Shown here: piece after piece, positions 47,388 to 56,771 of the stretch
How positions within the stretch are numbered: the first letter of the stretch is position 1
Layout: every line of letters starts with the position of its first letter
Source: Candidatus Omnitrophota bacterium
GTDB lineage: Bacteria; Omnitrophota; Gorgyraeia; Gygaellales; Profunditerraquicolaceae
Assembly (NCBI GenBank): GCA_026416665.1
Contig: JAOAET010000055.1
Coordinates: 2,490-66,489 of the forward strand
DNA: 64,000 bases
Direction: 5' to 3'
Position numbers and translations under genes: made by a program
The notes under the pieces: model-generated
The model's database searches: none
Told to the model about the DNA's origin: nothing
Seen by the model: the letters and a program-made list of their open reading frames with translations, nothing else

Positions 47388-48758
47388 TCAACACTCTGAA
47401 ATTATATAGGTAATAGAGGTTGTGTATTCTCCTGCGGGTATCTCTAACGAAGGAATAAGTTCATAAATAATAGTAAATGAATCAGGAGAACCTTTTTTGT
47501 CAGAGACAAATAAAACGGTTTCTTGTGTTTCAACTGGTATAGGATCAATAAATTTTAGATTTCCTTTAGTATCGTTACTTACTAAACGCATTCTGAAATT
47601 TTTTTTTGGAATGGTTACTCCATCCTTATTAACTAATTCCGAACTAAGTTTTTGACTTACTTGGTAGGATTTGCCACTATTTGAAATAATAGTTAGTTTT
47701 ACTTCATTTGTTTGTATCTGAAAAACATTCGGTTTTACATCAAATTCTATTATACCTGATTTTGTGGGTTCGGCAATTAAATTGAAGACTTTGGGGATAT
47801 TAAATTCAAGATCATATTCTTTAAGTATTTTCTGGATATTGTTATAGTCATTAACAAATAAAGAAAGTCTACAATGGTATTTACCTGTTTTAAACCTATC
47901 GGGGTTCAATAAACTATAAACAATGGTTAAATAATCAGTTTTTTCAGAAATTCTTGAAGTATATATTATTTCGGGCTTTAAAGATAAAGGTCTAAGTAAA
48001 GTTTTATTAGCATCTTTATCTTTTTGTAAAAAACACTGAATAGTATTTTCTGGCAAGATATCCGAATACTGATTTTGGCAAGCACAAGAAAGCATTTGAG
48101 AAATTGTTAATGGATAAGAGTAAGTGTTGGTAATTCTTAGTTCACAGAAACCACTTAGCGAGCCATCGGGTTGAGGCGTAAGTCGTAATAAAGAAGATTC
48201 AGGAAAAAATTCTATCTGGATATTCTGGTTTTGTTTTACTTCAACAGATATAGGTAAGATAATTGTTATTGGCATAACTTGTGACTGAATAGGTTCTAAA
48301 GTAAAAGCAAATCTTCCTTTGTAAAAACCCGGAGAAAAAGGTCCGGATAGACTGTATACTAAACGAAATGAATCAGATGAGCCGTTTGAATCAGAGGTAT
48401 ACAAAATATTTCTAGTTAAGGAAACTTCTGTTGGGTCAGATAAACGCAAGCTACCAAAAAGATTACTACCTCTTAGGGTAAAAACAGTTAATTGATGCGG
48501 TTTAATAGTTACACCCTCTGTATTAGTCAAAGGGTCAAGTAAGGTTTGTACTACTTGATATTGGCTTCCAATATCTGAGGTAATATTAATTATCAATTCT
48601 TTAGAAATAGTTTGCTGGCTGGCACTAATAGAACCAAAGCGCAGTTCAAAACCACCTTCTAATGGTCGTGCTGAAATAGAAAAAGCAGCCTCCGCTAAAT
48701 GAAAAGATAAAATCAATCCAGCTAATATAAGTAAAATAGAAACAAAAAGTTTTTTCAT
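47388..48758 (-). CDS. Secreted protein with three tandem pilin-like Ig domains (tip/adhesin candidate)
   Basis: Repeats ending PGFYKGRFAFTL, TGKYHCRLSLFV, AGEYTTSITYII; repeats 1 and 3 share YQVxQxL...NxxGVTI and SDxxGSxDSF. Confidence 0.6.
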   Translation of the reverse strand: MKKLFVSILLILAGLILSFHLAEAAFSISARPLEGGFELRFGSISASQQTISKELIINITSDIGSQYQVVQTLLDPLTNTEGVTIKPHQLTVFTLRGSNLFGSLRLSDPTEVSLTRNILYTSDSNGSSDSFRLVYSLSGPFSPGFYKGRFAFTLEPIQSQVMPITIILPISVEVKQNQNIQIEFFPESSLLRLTPQPDGSLSGFCELRITNTYSYPLTISQMLSCACQNQYSDILPENTIQCFLQKDKDANKTLLRPLSLKPEIIYTSRISEKTDYLTIVYSLLNPDRFKTGKYHCRLSLFVNDYNNIQKILKEYDLEFNIPKVFNLIAEPTKSGIIEFDVKPNVFQIQTNEVKLTIISNSGKSYQVSQKLSSELVNKDGVTIPKKNFRMRLVSNDTKGNLKFIDPIPVETQETVLFVSDKKGSPDSFTIIYELIPSLEIPAGEYTTSITYIISEC

Positions 48759-48808
48759 CTTTTTATAGTTTAAGAGTTGATATTTTTTTGTTATAGGAAA
48801 TCTACAAT

Positions 48809-48877
48809 AAAAAAAACCGAAACGACCCTTCTTATTCCTCTATCGTTCCGGCCTCCCTATTTATTCCCCAAACCGGT
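48809..48877 (-). promoter_or_regulatory. Attenuator-like leader: terminator with competing upstream pairing
   Basis: CCGGAACGAT/GTCGTTTCGG hairpin + U-tract; upstream ACCGGTTT can pair with AGGCCGG overlapping the 5' arm. Confidence 0.55.
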
Positions 48878-48892
48878 TTCTTTATGTTTTAA

Positions 48893-48921
48893 AGTATAGC
48901 TCTTTTTTCAAATTAAGTCAA
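48893..48921 (-). promoter_or_regulatory. Sigma70 promoter for the pilin-like operon
   Basis: TTGACT (48921-48916)-17-TATACT (48898-48893). Confidence 0.75.
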
Positions 48922-48932
48922 GATAATTCACC

Positions 48933-51716
48933 TTAAAATCTTCGTCTATAATATAAACGAATAATATGTTGTGTATCAATAGTCTGTAAGCCACCGCCAA
49001 AAGGATCAGCAACAGTTAATTCCAATAATGGATAATTAGGTGATACACCGTAATCAAAAACTAACTCGTCGTCCTCACAGAAGCGATATCTTGTCTCAAA
49101 AAATATATTATGGTGACCTACCTTCTTAGAATCACCTGCTAATATTCGATCGAGGTCATTCCACATTGAATAAGTATAGCGCAGATATAATCCTAACTTT
49201 TTCAAGGGCAAATAGCCAATTTCAACCCCAAAGTGATTTATATCGTCAGATATTGGTCCTGCCTGCTCAAACTCATTACGGGTATAATCAAGGTAGATTT
49301 CCAGCTTTTCAATGGGTAAAAAGCGCACACCAATTTTAAAGATATCATAAAAAGGATACGGTGGCTGAGGAAATAAATGTTGGTCATACAGAAATACACG
49401 GTCTCTTAAATAGGTTTTTCCAGCTTCATAATACACCCAAGATGGTTGCGCACTATTTAAAATACCACGAGGAAAGTTATCATAGGCAACGGTATAATCA
49501 TTAGTGCGTTCGTATATTCCATTTACTGTTAGCCAATCAGTAAAGGCATATTCTAGGCCAAAAGAACCAGTTTTAAGAGATGGGTCTTTTCCATCAGCAA
49601 TAGGAGTTAATGACCAATCAGTTAAATAAATACCGGTTTTTGCATCATAAATAAAAGGGTCTACTGCCGCTTTTGTTTTTGGCATATCCTGATAAATTCC
49701 CAGAATTTTACCTGTAAGGTTATCAGTGATGTGCCAGGTTAGTTCATCTCGTGTAACAGTTTCAACATACTTACCGTCAGTAGTATGGACATTGCGGATA
49801 TCAAAAAGATTATCTACTTTTTCTTTCCAAGAGGCCTCCCACCGTAAACCTATTACGTCTCTTCCAATATCAATACCATCTCCAATTGCAAATGGTTTAA
49901 TATCGCTGTAACTAGAAGGTGGATAATAAAGTCCACTGTAAAAATATTCAAGTGGTCTTCTAAAATGGATATGTCGACTCCAGAATTGGTCACGTCTTGT
50001 TTGGTGGTAATTTGCTAGTGCTGGGTCAAATCCCTCATCCATATGAGATGCAAATAGCCTTATTTTAGAGAAAAATTCTTCGTTTTTTTCTGGTTGAATT
50101 GCATCATAAGACGTATCCAAAATTGACTGTCCAGGATAGCGGGTTACTAAAGAAAAATAGTATGCATTTCCACGTGCTTTGCTTCTAAAGACACTATTAG
50201 TCAAATCGTATTCTGAGGCAGAGTGTGCTACTTCAACAGCTAACTTTATCCCTTCTATTACTTCATAGAGCGCGTCAACACCAAGTACATTATTACGCAT
50301 ATCAGTTGAAGATTCATCTTCATTAAAGCCAAGGCGTAGAGTATGGATTGCACCAATTTTTATATTATCTGATAAAGACTGAACCAGACGCGTTGCTCCT
50401 GCAATATTATCATAATCAGAGTAATCTTGCCAAGGATCTTTCGGAGATGCCCAACTGGTGCTAAATTTTGTATAGTCGGTTGGTTTTGCCTCTAGAGTCA
50501 AACCGCGTAGTTGAGTTAATCTTACTCCGTTTGAATCGCGCACCATAAAGGAAATAGAATTATTCCAATAACCTTTTCTGAAACTGACTGGACTTGCGTT
50601 AGAATTAAAATTACCTGGTTGCCATTTTCTTAACCAAGGAGAATCTTCCCAGTAAATATGATTATTAGAAAGTTTTAGAGGGTCATCGGAGGTATATGCT
50701 TGGGCTTCGGTAGCAAAAGGAAATATACGAATACTTAAAACATCAGCAGTTTTATAATCTACCCACAGCTCTCTAACTGGTTGAATTTCACGATGGATTT
50801 TTAATTCTGGAATAGTAAATATATTTCCCCAAGTAGAAGTTATGGTGGTGGGAACAGTCTTTCCATCTTTTACTTTTATTTCAGGGATATTGAATGAATC
50901 TCCATTTAACAGTGTATATACCGACTCGTTAAGGATTCTTGAGGTATTTGACCAATATTTTAATTGTATTTTTGCACTGTCTCCGCCATCACCTGTTAGA
51001 GTAATGCTATCTGTTTTACCAATGAATGTCCACGGGTCAAAATTTATACCTGTGTGGAATCCAAAACCCTCTTGTGTCTCGGGTGTATCAATATTAAACT
51101 TCAAACGGCTATAAATAGCGGGATCAAAGGTATTTTCTTTTCTATTTAATCCTTCTTGCGACTGAATTCGCCAATTCTTCTCATTTAAATCAAAGTTTGC
51201 CCTTTTGGCAATTAAGTGATCATCCTCATAACCTAAAGCTAATTGTAATTGTCCTGAGATATTTACTGCATCGGATTTTTCTTTTTGAGCAGATATGGAT
51301 TCTTCTTTAGGTACTTGAAACTGGGCAAAACCAGGTGAATAATGTTCAGGATATTTTTGTGCTAATTGCGTTTTTTCATCTTCAAAAGAGGTTCTACTTA
51401 ATTTTTCAAGGGTTAAAGTAATAATCTCTTCTCTAGTTAATGATTTTTTAACCTGAGGATAACATTTCTTTTCAGTTATTTTCTGTATTGGTGGTTCGGT
51501 AAGTTTTTCTATGTATTCTAAAGCGGTAGGATTATTAGGGTCAACCAACAAAACTTTTTTAAATTCGTGTAAGGCCTCTTGATAGGAACCGTTTTTATAA
51601 TAATTAATACCCATTTCAATAAGGGCATTTACTGCTTGAGATTGCGCATTTACATAAATAGGATAAGCAAAGATAATTGCACAAATAATCAAAATCATTT
51701 TTATTGTTCTTTCCAT
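48933..51716 (-). CDS. TPR-containing probable outer-membrane beta-barrel protein
   Basis: Signal peptide, TPR GINYYKNGSYQEALHEFKKVL, alternating beta strands, C-terminal IRLYYRRRF beta-signal. Confidence 0.7.
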   Translation of the reverse strand: MERTIKMILIICAIIFAYPIYVNAQSQAVNALIEMGINYYKNGSYQEALHEFKKVLLVDPNNPTALEYIEKLTEPPIQKITEKKCYPQVKKSLTREEIITLTLEKLSRTSFEDEKTQLAQKYPEHYSPGFAQFQVPKEESISAQKEKSDAVNISGQLQLALGYEDDHLIAKRANFDLNEKNWRIQSQEGLNRKENTFDPAIYSRLKFNIDTPETQEGFGFHTGINFDPWTFIGKTDSITLTGDGGDSAKIQLKYWSNTSRILNESVYTLLNGDSFNIPEIKVKDGKTVPTTITSTWGNIFTIPELKIHREIQPVRELWVDYKTADVLSIRIFPFATEAQAYTSDDPLKLSNNHIYWEDSPWLRKWQPGNFNSNASPVSFRKGYWNNSISFMVRDSNGVRLTQLRGLTLEAKPTDYTKFSTSWASPKDPWQDYSDYDNIAGATRLVQSLSDNIKIGAIHTLRLGFNEDESSTDMRNNVLGVDALYEVIEGIKLAVEVAHSASEYDLTNSVFRSKARGNAYYFSLVTRYPGQSILDTSYDAIQPEKNEEFFSKIRLFASHMDEGFDPALANYHQTRRDQFWSRHIHFRRPLEYFYSGLYYPPSSYSDIKPFAIGDGIDIGRDVIGLRWEASWKEKVDNLFDIRNVHTTDGKYVETVTRDELTWHITDNLTGKILGIYQDMPKTKAAVDPFIYDAKTGIYLTDWSLTPIADGKDPSLKTGSFGLEYAFTDWLTVNGIYERTNDYTVAYDNFPRGILNSAQPSWVYYEAGKTYLRDRVFLYDQHLFPQPPYPFYDIFKIGVRFLPIEKLEIYLDYTRNEFEQAGPISDDINHFGVEIGYLPLKKLGLYLRYTYSMWNDLDRILAGDSKKVGHHNIFFETRYRFCEDDELVFDYGVSPNYPLLELTVADPFGGGLQTIDTQHIIRLYYRRRF

Positions 51717-51740
51717 AATTTTTCTCCTTAAATTAAATAT

Positions 51741-51851
51741 AAAAAAAATACCGGACTTGACCCCTTAAATTTTTCAGAAATCCGGTATTATTTTTGTCCG
51801 TGGCTAAACTTCTGGCTACCTCCTACCAGAAACCGGACACAATCTATTATA
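51741..51851 (-). promoter_or_regulatory. Structured leader with terminator upstream of the TPR beta-barrel gene
   Basis: TATAAT (51851-51846); TGTCCG/CGGACA stem enclosing TTCTGG/CCAGAA; then AATACCGGATTT/AAGTCCGGTATT hairpin + U-tract. Confidence 0.6.
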
Positions 51852-51869
51852 CTATTTTTTTTACTTTTA

Positions 51870-52208
51870 TTAAGTATATTTCATCATTTCTTTAGGAATG
51901 GCGCATAGCAGAATTTTTAATGTATGCATAAAAGTTATAAGATAAACTCTACCATTTGAAACCGCATAGACACTACCTTTCATCCTACAAAAAAATTTTT
52001 CGATTTTTTCTTTAGTATTTCTTTCTTTTAATACTGCAAGAATCGGTGGTTGTTTTTCAATTTGCTTGTCAGTTACTTCTTTTACTATGTAAATAAAATG
52101 TCTACGAATGATAGTACGCGTTCCTTCTTTATCAAAAATTTCTGAACTAGAAAGTATCTTCCGTTTGTGGTCAGGAGAAGTTAAATTTCTGAAGACGAGG
52201 TCCCGCAT
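51870..52208 (-). CDS. Hypothetical basic cytoplasmic protein
   Basis: 112-aa ORF with its own promoter and leader; no recognised motif. Confidence 0.7.
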   Translation of the reverse strand: MRDLVFRNLTSPDHKRKILSSSEIFDKEGTRTIIRRHFIYIVKEVTDKQIEKQPPILAVLKERNTKEKIEKFFCRMKGSVYAVSNGRVYLITFMHTLKILLCAIPKEMMKYT

Positions 52209-52223
52209 ATTTTTTCACTTTTT

Positions 52224-52271
52224 ATGGTCGGGCCACAATCAAATTATAGATTTATACGGTGACCCGACCAT
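52224..52271. repeat. 13-bp inverted repeat (one mismatch, G-U compatible on the minus-strand RNA) with 22-nt spacer
   Basis: ATGGTCGGGCCAC (52224-52236) and GTGACCCGACCAT (52259-52271). Confidence 0.75.
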
Positions 52272-52448
52272 CCCCTTACCTTCCTTTTCCGCTACCCAGC
52301 GGACTGACTGGTGGGGTGTTTTATTTACATATATTATTCTTTATTAAATATTTATTAAATTTTTTATTAATTTTATAAAAAAATTATTTTTTTCTTTTTG
52401 TAAAAAGTAGAATTTAGTAACCAGTTCTACCTATATATATGCATTTAA

Positions 52449-52477
52449 ATTATAACCTGAAATTTCTATATTTTCAA
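52449..52477 (-). promoter_or_regulatory. Sigma70 promoter
   Basis: TTGAAA (52477-52472)-17-TATAAT (52454-52449). Confidence 0.65.
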
Positions 52478-52506
52478 GTAAATAAGGAATTTTTATGAAA
52501 GCCTTT

Positions 52507-53142
52507 TCATAATTGCTTTCTTTTTCCAAAATCAAGAGGTTTTTCCTCACCTTTTAATATACGTTTTAAATTTGATTTGTGCCTATATAAAACAAAAGTT
52601 GACAAAAATAAGCATGTAAAGATTACAAAAGTTGGTTGTTTATAAATAACACAAAGCAAAGGAAGAAATAAAGCTGAAATTATAGACGCAACTGAAACAA
52701 TGCGGGTTAAAGTAAAGATTAAAATCCAAATTAAAATTAGTATAATAAGTATCATACCTAAATGGGGTAAATACAAGGATAGACCCCACAGAACCCCAAT
52801 ACTTGTGGCAATACCTTTTCCACCTTTAAAACGTAAAAATATAGTTAAACTATGTCCGATAACGCAGAGAATGCCTGAAATAACCAAAACTGTTTCCCAA
52901 GGGAGAAAACCAGTCCTATAAAATTTATTAGCCAATATAATAGTAAACAGTCCCTTTGTAACGTCTAAGAATAACACTAATAAACCAATCGGTTTTCCCA
53001 GAACACGGAAGGCATTAGTGGCTCCTACATTTCCGGAACCGTATCTTCTTATATCAATGCCTCTTAGAATTTTCCCAAAGATGTAGGCAAAAGGAATAGA
53101 ACCTAAAAAATAACTAAGAAGAAATATGGTTATCGTTTGCAT
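52507..53142 (-). CDS. plsY: Glycerol-3-phosphate acyltransferase PlsY
   Basis: YFLGSIP, GSGNVGATN, FKGGKGIAT, RHKSNLKR. Confidence 0.96.
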   Translation of the reverse strand: MQTITIFLLSYFLGSIPFAYIFGKILRGIDIRRYGSGNVGATNAFRVLGKPIGLLVLFLDVTKGLFTIILANKFYRTGFLPWETVLVISGILCVIGHSLTIFLRFKGGKGIATSIGVLWGLSLYLPHLGMILIILILIWILIFTLTRIVSVASIISALFLPLLCVIYKQPTFVIFTCLFLSTFVLYRHKSNLKRILKGEEKPLDFGKRKQL

Positions 53143-53671
53143 AAAGTAGTTTAAACCCTTTTACGATATAATCTATTCCTGAGATAATAGTAAAAATTAT
53201 AGCAATTGACCAAAATATAAAGGAGATTTTTAACTGTAGTAATATACTAATTACAGAAAGCATCTGAAAAGTGGTAGTTAATTTTCCCCACCATGTAGGT
53301 CGTATATCTATTCTTTGTTTTACCATAAATAAAACTACCACTCCGAGAATAATAAGTAGGTCTCTACTTATTACAATAAAAACTACAAATAAGGGAAAAC
53401 GAATAGGAAAAGATACAAAATATAAACAAATAAAAGCGCTGATTAAGAGCAATTTATCACCAAGCGGATCTAAAATAAGCCCAGCAGATGAGTGTTGCTT
53501 TGAAGTGCGGGCAATAAAACCATCAATAGCATCCGAAATAACCGCAGCCAAAAAAATTGCAAGCGCAACCCAACGCAAGTATTGGTGATTAGAATCGTAA
53601 TAAAGAATACTAGCAATAAAAAAAGGCACGCTTAAAATCCTAAAGGTAGAGACCTTATTAGCTAAATTCAT
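53114..53671 (-). CDS. pgsA: CDP-alcohol phosphatidyltransferase (PgsA-like; likely start 53671)
   Basis: MNLANKVSTFR, SDAIDGFIAR...GLILDPLGDK. Confidence 0.85.
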   Translation of the reverse strand: MNLANKVSTFRILSVPFFIASILYYDSNHQYLRWVALAIFLAAVISDAIDGFIARTSKQHSSAGLILDPLGDKLLLISAFICLYFVSFPIRFPLFVVFIVISRDLLIILGVVVLFMVKQRIDIRPTWWGKLTTTFQMLSVISILLQLKISFIFWSIAIIFTIISGIDYIVKGFKLLYANDNHISS

Positions 53672-54294
53672 TTTAGAATCCTTATCCGCCAAGGTGGCCA
53701 ATAAATTAATATTGCTTTACCAACAATATTTTGGTAAGGCACAAATCCCCAGTAACGCGAATCCTGCGAGGAACCAGAATTGTCTCCTAACACAAAATAA
53801 CTGTTTTCAGGCACAAGAATTTTTTGATTTCGTTTCCCATATTTACAGAAAGAATCAATATCCCGACAGTTATAATAATAATTTTTACGAAAAACTGGGT
53901 CAGTTAATTCTTGTTCGTTTACGTAAATAGAACCATTTCTTATTTCTACGGTTTCTCCACCTTGCGCAACCAGGCGTTTAATAAAATCTTTTTTTGGGTC
54001 GGAAGGAGCAACGAAAACAATAATATCCCCCCTTTTAGGTTGCCGTAGAGCGGGTAAACGGAAATTTGTAAAGGGGACTTTTGCACCGTAAATAAATTTA
54101 TTAACTAAAATAGCATCGCCTTCTAAAAGAGTATTGCGCATTGAACCTGTAGGTATCTTAAAGGCTTGAATGATAAAAGTTCGAATAAATAAAGCCAAGA
54201 TTAAAGCGACAACAATTGATTCCACCCATTCCTTAATAACTGCTTTAATTTTGTTTTTATTATATTTATCATTTTTATTTTTCTTATTATCCAT
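53668..54294 (-). CDS. lepB: Signal peptidase I (likely start 54294)
   Basis: IPTGSM, FIKR, GDN..SQDSRYWG; AGAGGAG SD. Confidence 0.95.
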   Translation of the reverse strand: MDNKKNKNDKYNKNKIKAVIKEWVESIVVALILALFIRTFIIQAFKIPTGSMRNTLLEGDAILVNKFIYGAKVPFTNFRLPALRQPKRGDIIVFVAPSDPKKDFIKRLVAQGGETVEIRNGSIYVNEQELTDPVFRKNYYYNCRDIDSFCKYGKRNQKILVPENSYFVLGDNSGSSQDSRYWGFVPYQNIVGKAILIYWPPWRIRILK

Positions 54295-54310
54295 AATAAC
54301 TCCTCTTCTA

Positions 54311-56110
54311 TTACTGAATTTTAAGGACTTCCAGAAATGCCTCTTGGGGAATCTCAACTTTCCCAAAGGTCTTTAAGCGCTTTTTTCCTTTCTTTTGAAT
54401 TTCCCAGAGTTTACGCTTGCGTGTAATATCCCCTCCATAACATTTTGCTGTAACATTTTTTCCTACAGGACGAATTCTTTCTGAAGCAATTATCTGAGAG
54501 CCGATAGCGGCTTGAACTACTACTTCAAAAAGTTGTCTTGGAATAAGTTCTTTTAGTTTACTAACCAAGGCACGTGCCTTTGCCTCTGCTTTCTCTTTTG
54601 GCAGAAGTGAAGAAAAGGCATCACATATTTGACCATTAAGCAGCACATCCAATTTTACAAGTTTGGTTGGATAGTAGTCTTTGAACTCATAATCAATGGA
54701 GCCATAGCCCCTCGTAAGAGATTTTATACGGTCATAGAAATCTACAATGATTTCAGAAAGAGGTATCTCAAACTGTATTTTAACCCTGTTTTGCCCAAGA
54801 TGTTCTTGCGATATGAAATTTCCTCGTCGTGACTTAACCAATTCACATACCGGTTCAATAGAATCAACGGGGATAATAACCAACAAATTCACATACGGCT
54901 CATAGGATTCAACTATTGAACCTGGATCTGGGAATTTTGCAGGGGTATCTACTTCTAAAATAGTTCCATCGGTGACTTTGATACGATAAGACACATTTGG
55001 TACAGTTAAGATAAGATTTAGATTATATTCACGTTCAAGACGTTCCTGAACAATCTCCATATGTAAAAGTCCTAAGAATCCACAACGAAAACCTGTTCCA
55101 AATGACTGTGAGTTTTCAGGTTCAAAAACAAAAGATGCATCAGATAGTTTTAATTTCTCCATTGCCTCTCTTAAATCAGAAAAGTCACTTGCATTTACCG
55201 GATAAATACCACAGAAAACCAGTGGTTTGACTGATTTGAACCCAGCTAATGGTGTTAAACAAGGATTTTTTACATCAGTAATTGTATCTCCTATAGTAAT
55301 TTCACGAGGTTGCCGAATATTTGCGGTCAAATAACCTACTTCTCCGCAAGAAAGAGATTCGACCGCAGAATACTTTAAATCCTTAAAAATGCCTAATTCT
55401 TCTACTTTGTAGACATTTCCTGAATGCATTAATTTTATTTGAGTATGATTGGTTAATGTGCCATCTACTACTCTGACAAAAACAACAACACCTTTGTAGA
55501 TATCGTAGCGACAATCAAAAACAAGCGCTTTAAGTGGATGATCAGGTTCACCTTGTGGAGGAGGCACCACTGCAATTACACGCTCAAGAATTTCTAAGAC
55601 TCCCCTTCCTTCTTTTGCTGAAGCTAGAATAATTTCATCTTCTCTAAATCCTAAAACAGATTGAACTTCTTCTTTAACTTTAGGTAAATCAATAGATGGT
55701 AAATCAATTTTGTTAATTACAGGAATAATTTCCAAATTTGCTTCAAGAGCAAGGTAATAATTTGCAACGGTCTGTGCCTCAATTCCTTGGCCTGCATCTA
55801 TTAATAAAATGGCACCTTCACAGGCAGCCAGTGATTTTGATACTTCGTAGGTAAAGTCAACGTGGCCTGGTGTATCAATAAGGTTTAAAGTATAAGTTTT
55901 TCCATCTTTAGAATTATATTGTAAGCGCACGGTTGATGCCTTGATAGTAATACCTCGTTCGCGTTCTAATTCCATATCGTCCAGAACTTGCTCTTTAGCA
56001 GTTCGACGATCTAAGGCTCCTGTTAATTCTAAAATGCGGTCAGCTAAAGTAGATTTACCATGGTCAATATGGGCAATAATACAAAAATTTCTAATAAGGG
56101 ATTTATCCAT
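54311..56110 (-). CDS. lepA: Elongation factor 4
   Basis: AHIDHGKSTLADR, DTPGHVDF, GFRCGFLGLLH, KCYGGDITRKRKL. Confidence 0.98.
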   Translation of the reverse strand: MDKSLIRNFCIIAHIDHGKSTLADRILELTGALDRRTAKEQVLDDMELERERGITIKASTVRLQYNSKDGKTYTLNLIDTPGHVDFTYEVSKSLAACEGAILLIDAGQGIEAQTVANYYLALEANLEIIPVINKIDLPSIDLPKVKEEVQSVLGFREDEIILASAKEGRGVLEILERVIAVVPPPQGEPDHPLKALVFDCRYDIYKGVVVFVRVVDGTLTNHTQIKLMHSGNVYKVEELGIFKDLKYSAVESLSCGEVGYLTANIRQPREITIGDTITDVKNPCLTPLAGFKSVKPLVFCGIYPVNASDFSDLREAMEKLKLSDASFVFEPENSQSFGTGFRCGFLGLLHMEIVQERLEREYNLNLILTVPNVSYRIKVTDGTILEVDTPAKFPDPGSIVESYEPYVNLLVIIPVDSIEPVCELVKSRRGNFISQEHLGQNRVKIQFEIPLSEIIVDFYDRIKSLTRGYGSIDYEFKDYYPTKLVKLDVLLNGQICDAFSSLLPKEKAEAKARALVSKLKELIPRQLFEVVVQAAIGSQIIASERIRPVGKNVTAKCYGGDITRKRKLWEIQKKGKKRLKTFGKVEIPQEAFLEVLKIQ

Positions 56111-56771
56111 CTTGCTTCTTGATTTCTTCTAACATCTTTTGAACCACTTCTTCTATAGTAAGATTAGTTGTGTCAATATAGATTGCATCAGGTGCACGAC
56201 GTAAAGGTGCAATATCGCGGGTAGAATCAATAGTATCACGGTTTCTTAAATCCTCTGCAACCTGTTCGTAAGAGACATCTTTAACACCTAAATTAATAAG
56301 GTCAAGATAGCGACGTTTTACCCTTTCAGAAAAACTGGCATCTATATAAAACTTTTTTTGGGCATTAGGAAAAACCACTGTTCCAATATCACGCCCATCC
56401 AAAATACAGTTTTGTTTTTCTGCAATACGCCTCTGCAGACAAACCATTATTTGTCGAACCTCTTTAATTTTAGCAATTAAGGAAACACTTTGGGTTACTC
56501 TGGGTTGACGAATTGCTAAGGATACATCAACATCATCTAAAATTACTTTTGTTATCGATGTCTTATCAGTGACCAATTCTATTTTTGTATTACGCGCAAC
56601 CTCAATTATCCGTTCAATATTTTCAAAATCAATTTTATTATCTAGGATTTTTAAGGTTAATGCCCGATACATAGCACCCGTGTCTATGTATAAAAAACCC
56701 AGCTGGTCTGCCAAACGTTTTGCTACGGTGCTTTTTCCGGCACCAGCTGGTCCATCAATAGCAATAATCAC
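56103..56771 (-). CDS. cmk: Cytidylate kinase
   Basis: IAIDGPAGAGKST, DTGAMYR, DGRDIGTVVFP. Confidence 0.97.
   Translation of the reverse strand: MIIAIDGPAGAGKSTVAKRLADQLGFLYIDTGAMYRALTLKILDNKIDFENIERIIEVARNTKIELVTDKTSITKVILDDVDVSLAIRQPRVTQSVSLIAKIKEVRQIMVCLQRRIAEKQNCILDGRDIGTVVFPNAQKKFYIDASFSERVKRRYLDLINLGVKDVSYEQVAEDLRNRDTIDSTRDIAPLRRAPDAIYIDTTNLTIEEVVQKMLEEIKKQDG

Noticed and set aside
51790-51840. Additional c-di-GMP-I riboswitches at the AGCCACGG motifs (also near 42531)
   Set aside because: AGCCACGG resembles the start of GEMM P3, but the GGCAAAC, GNRA-capped P2 and GCAAA elements are missing
52224-52271. Invertible promoter (spacer contains TATAAT)
   Set aside because: Spacer is only 22 bp, no recombinase nearby, and the single mismatch is G-U compatible, favouring an RNA hairpin
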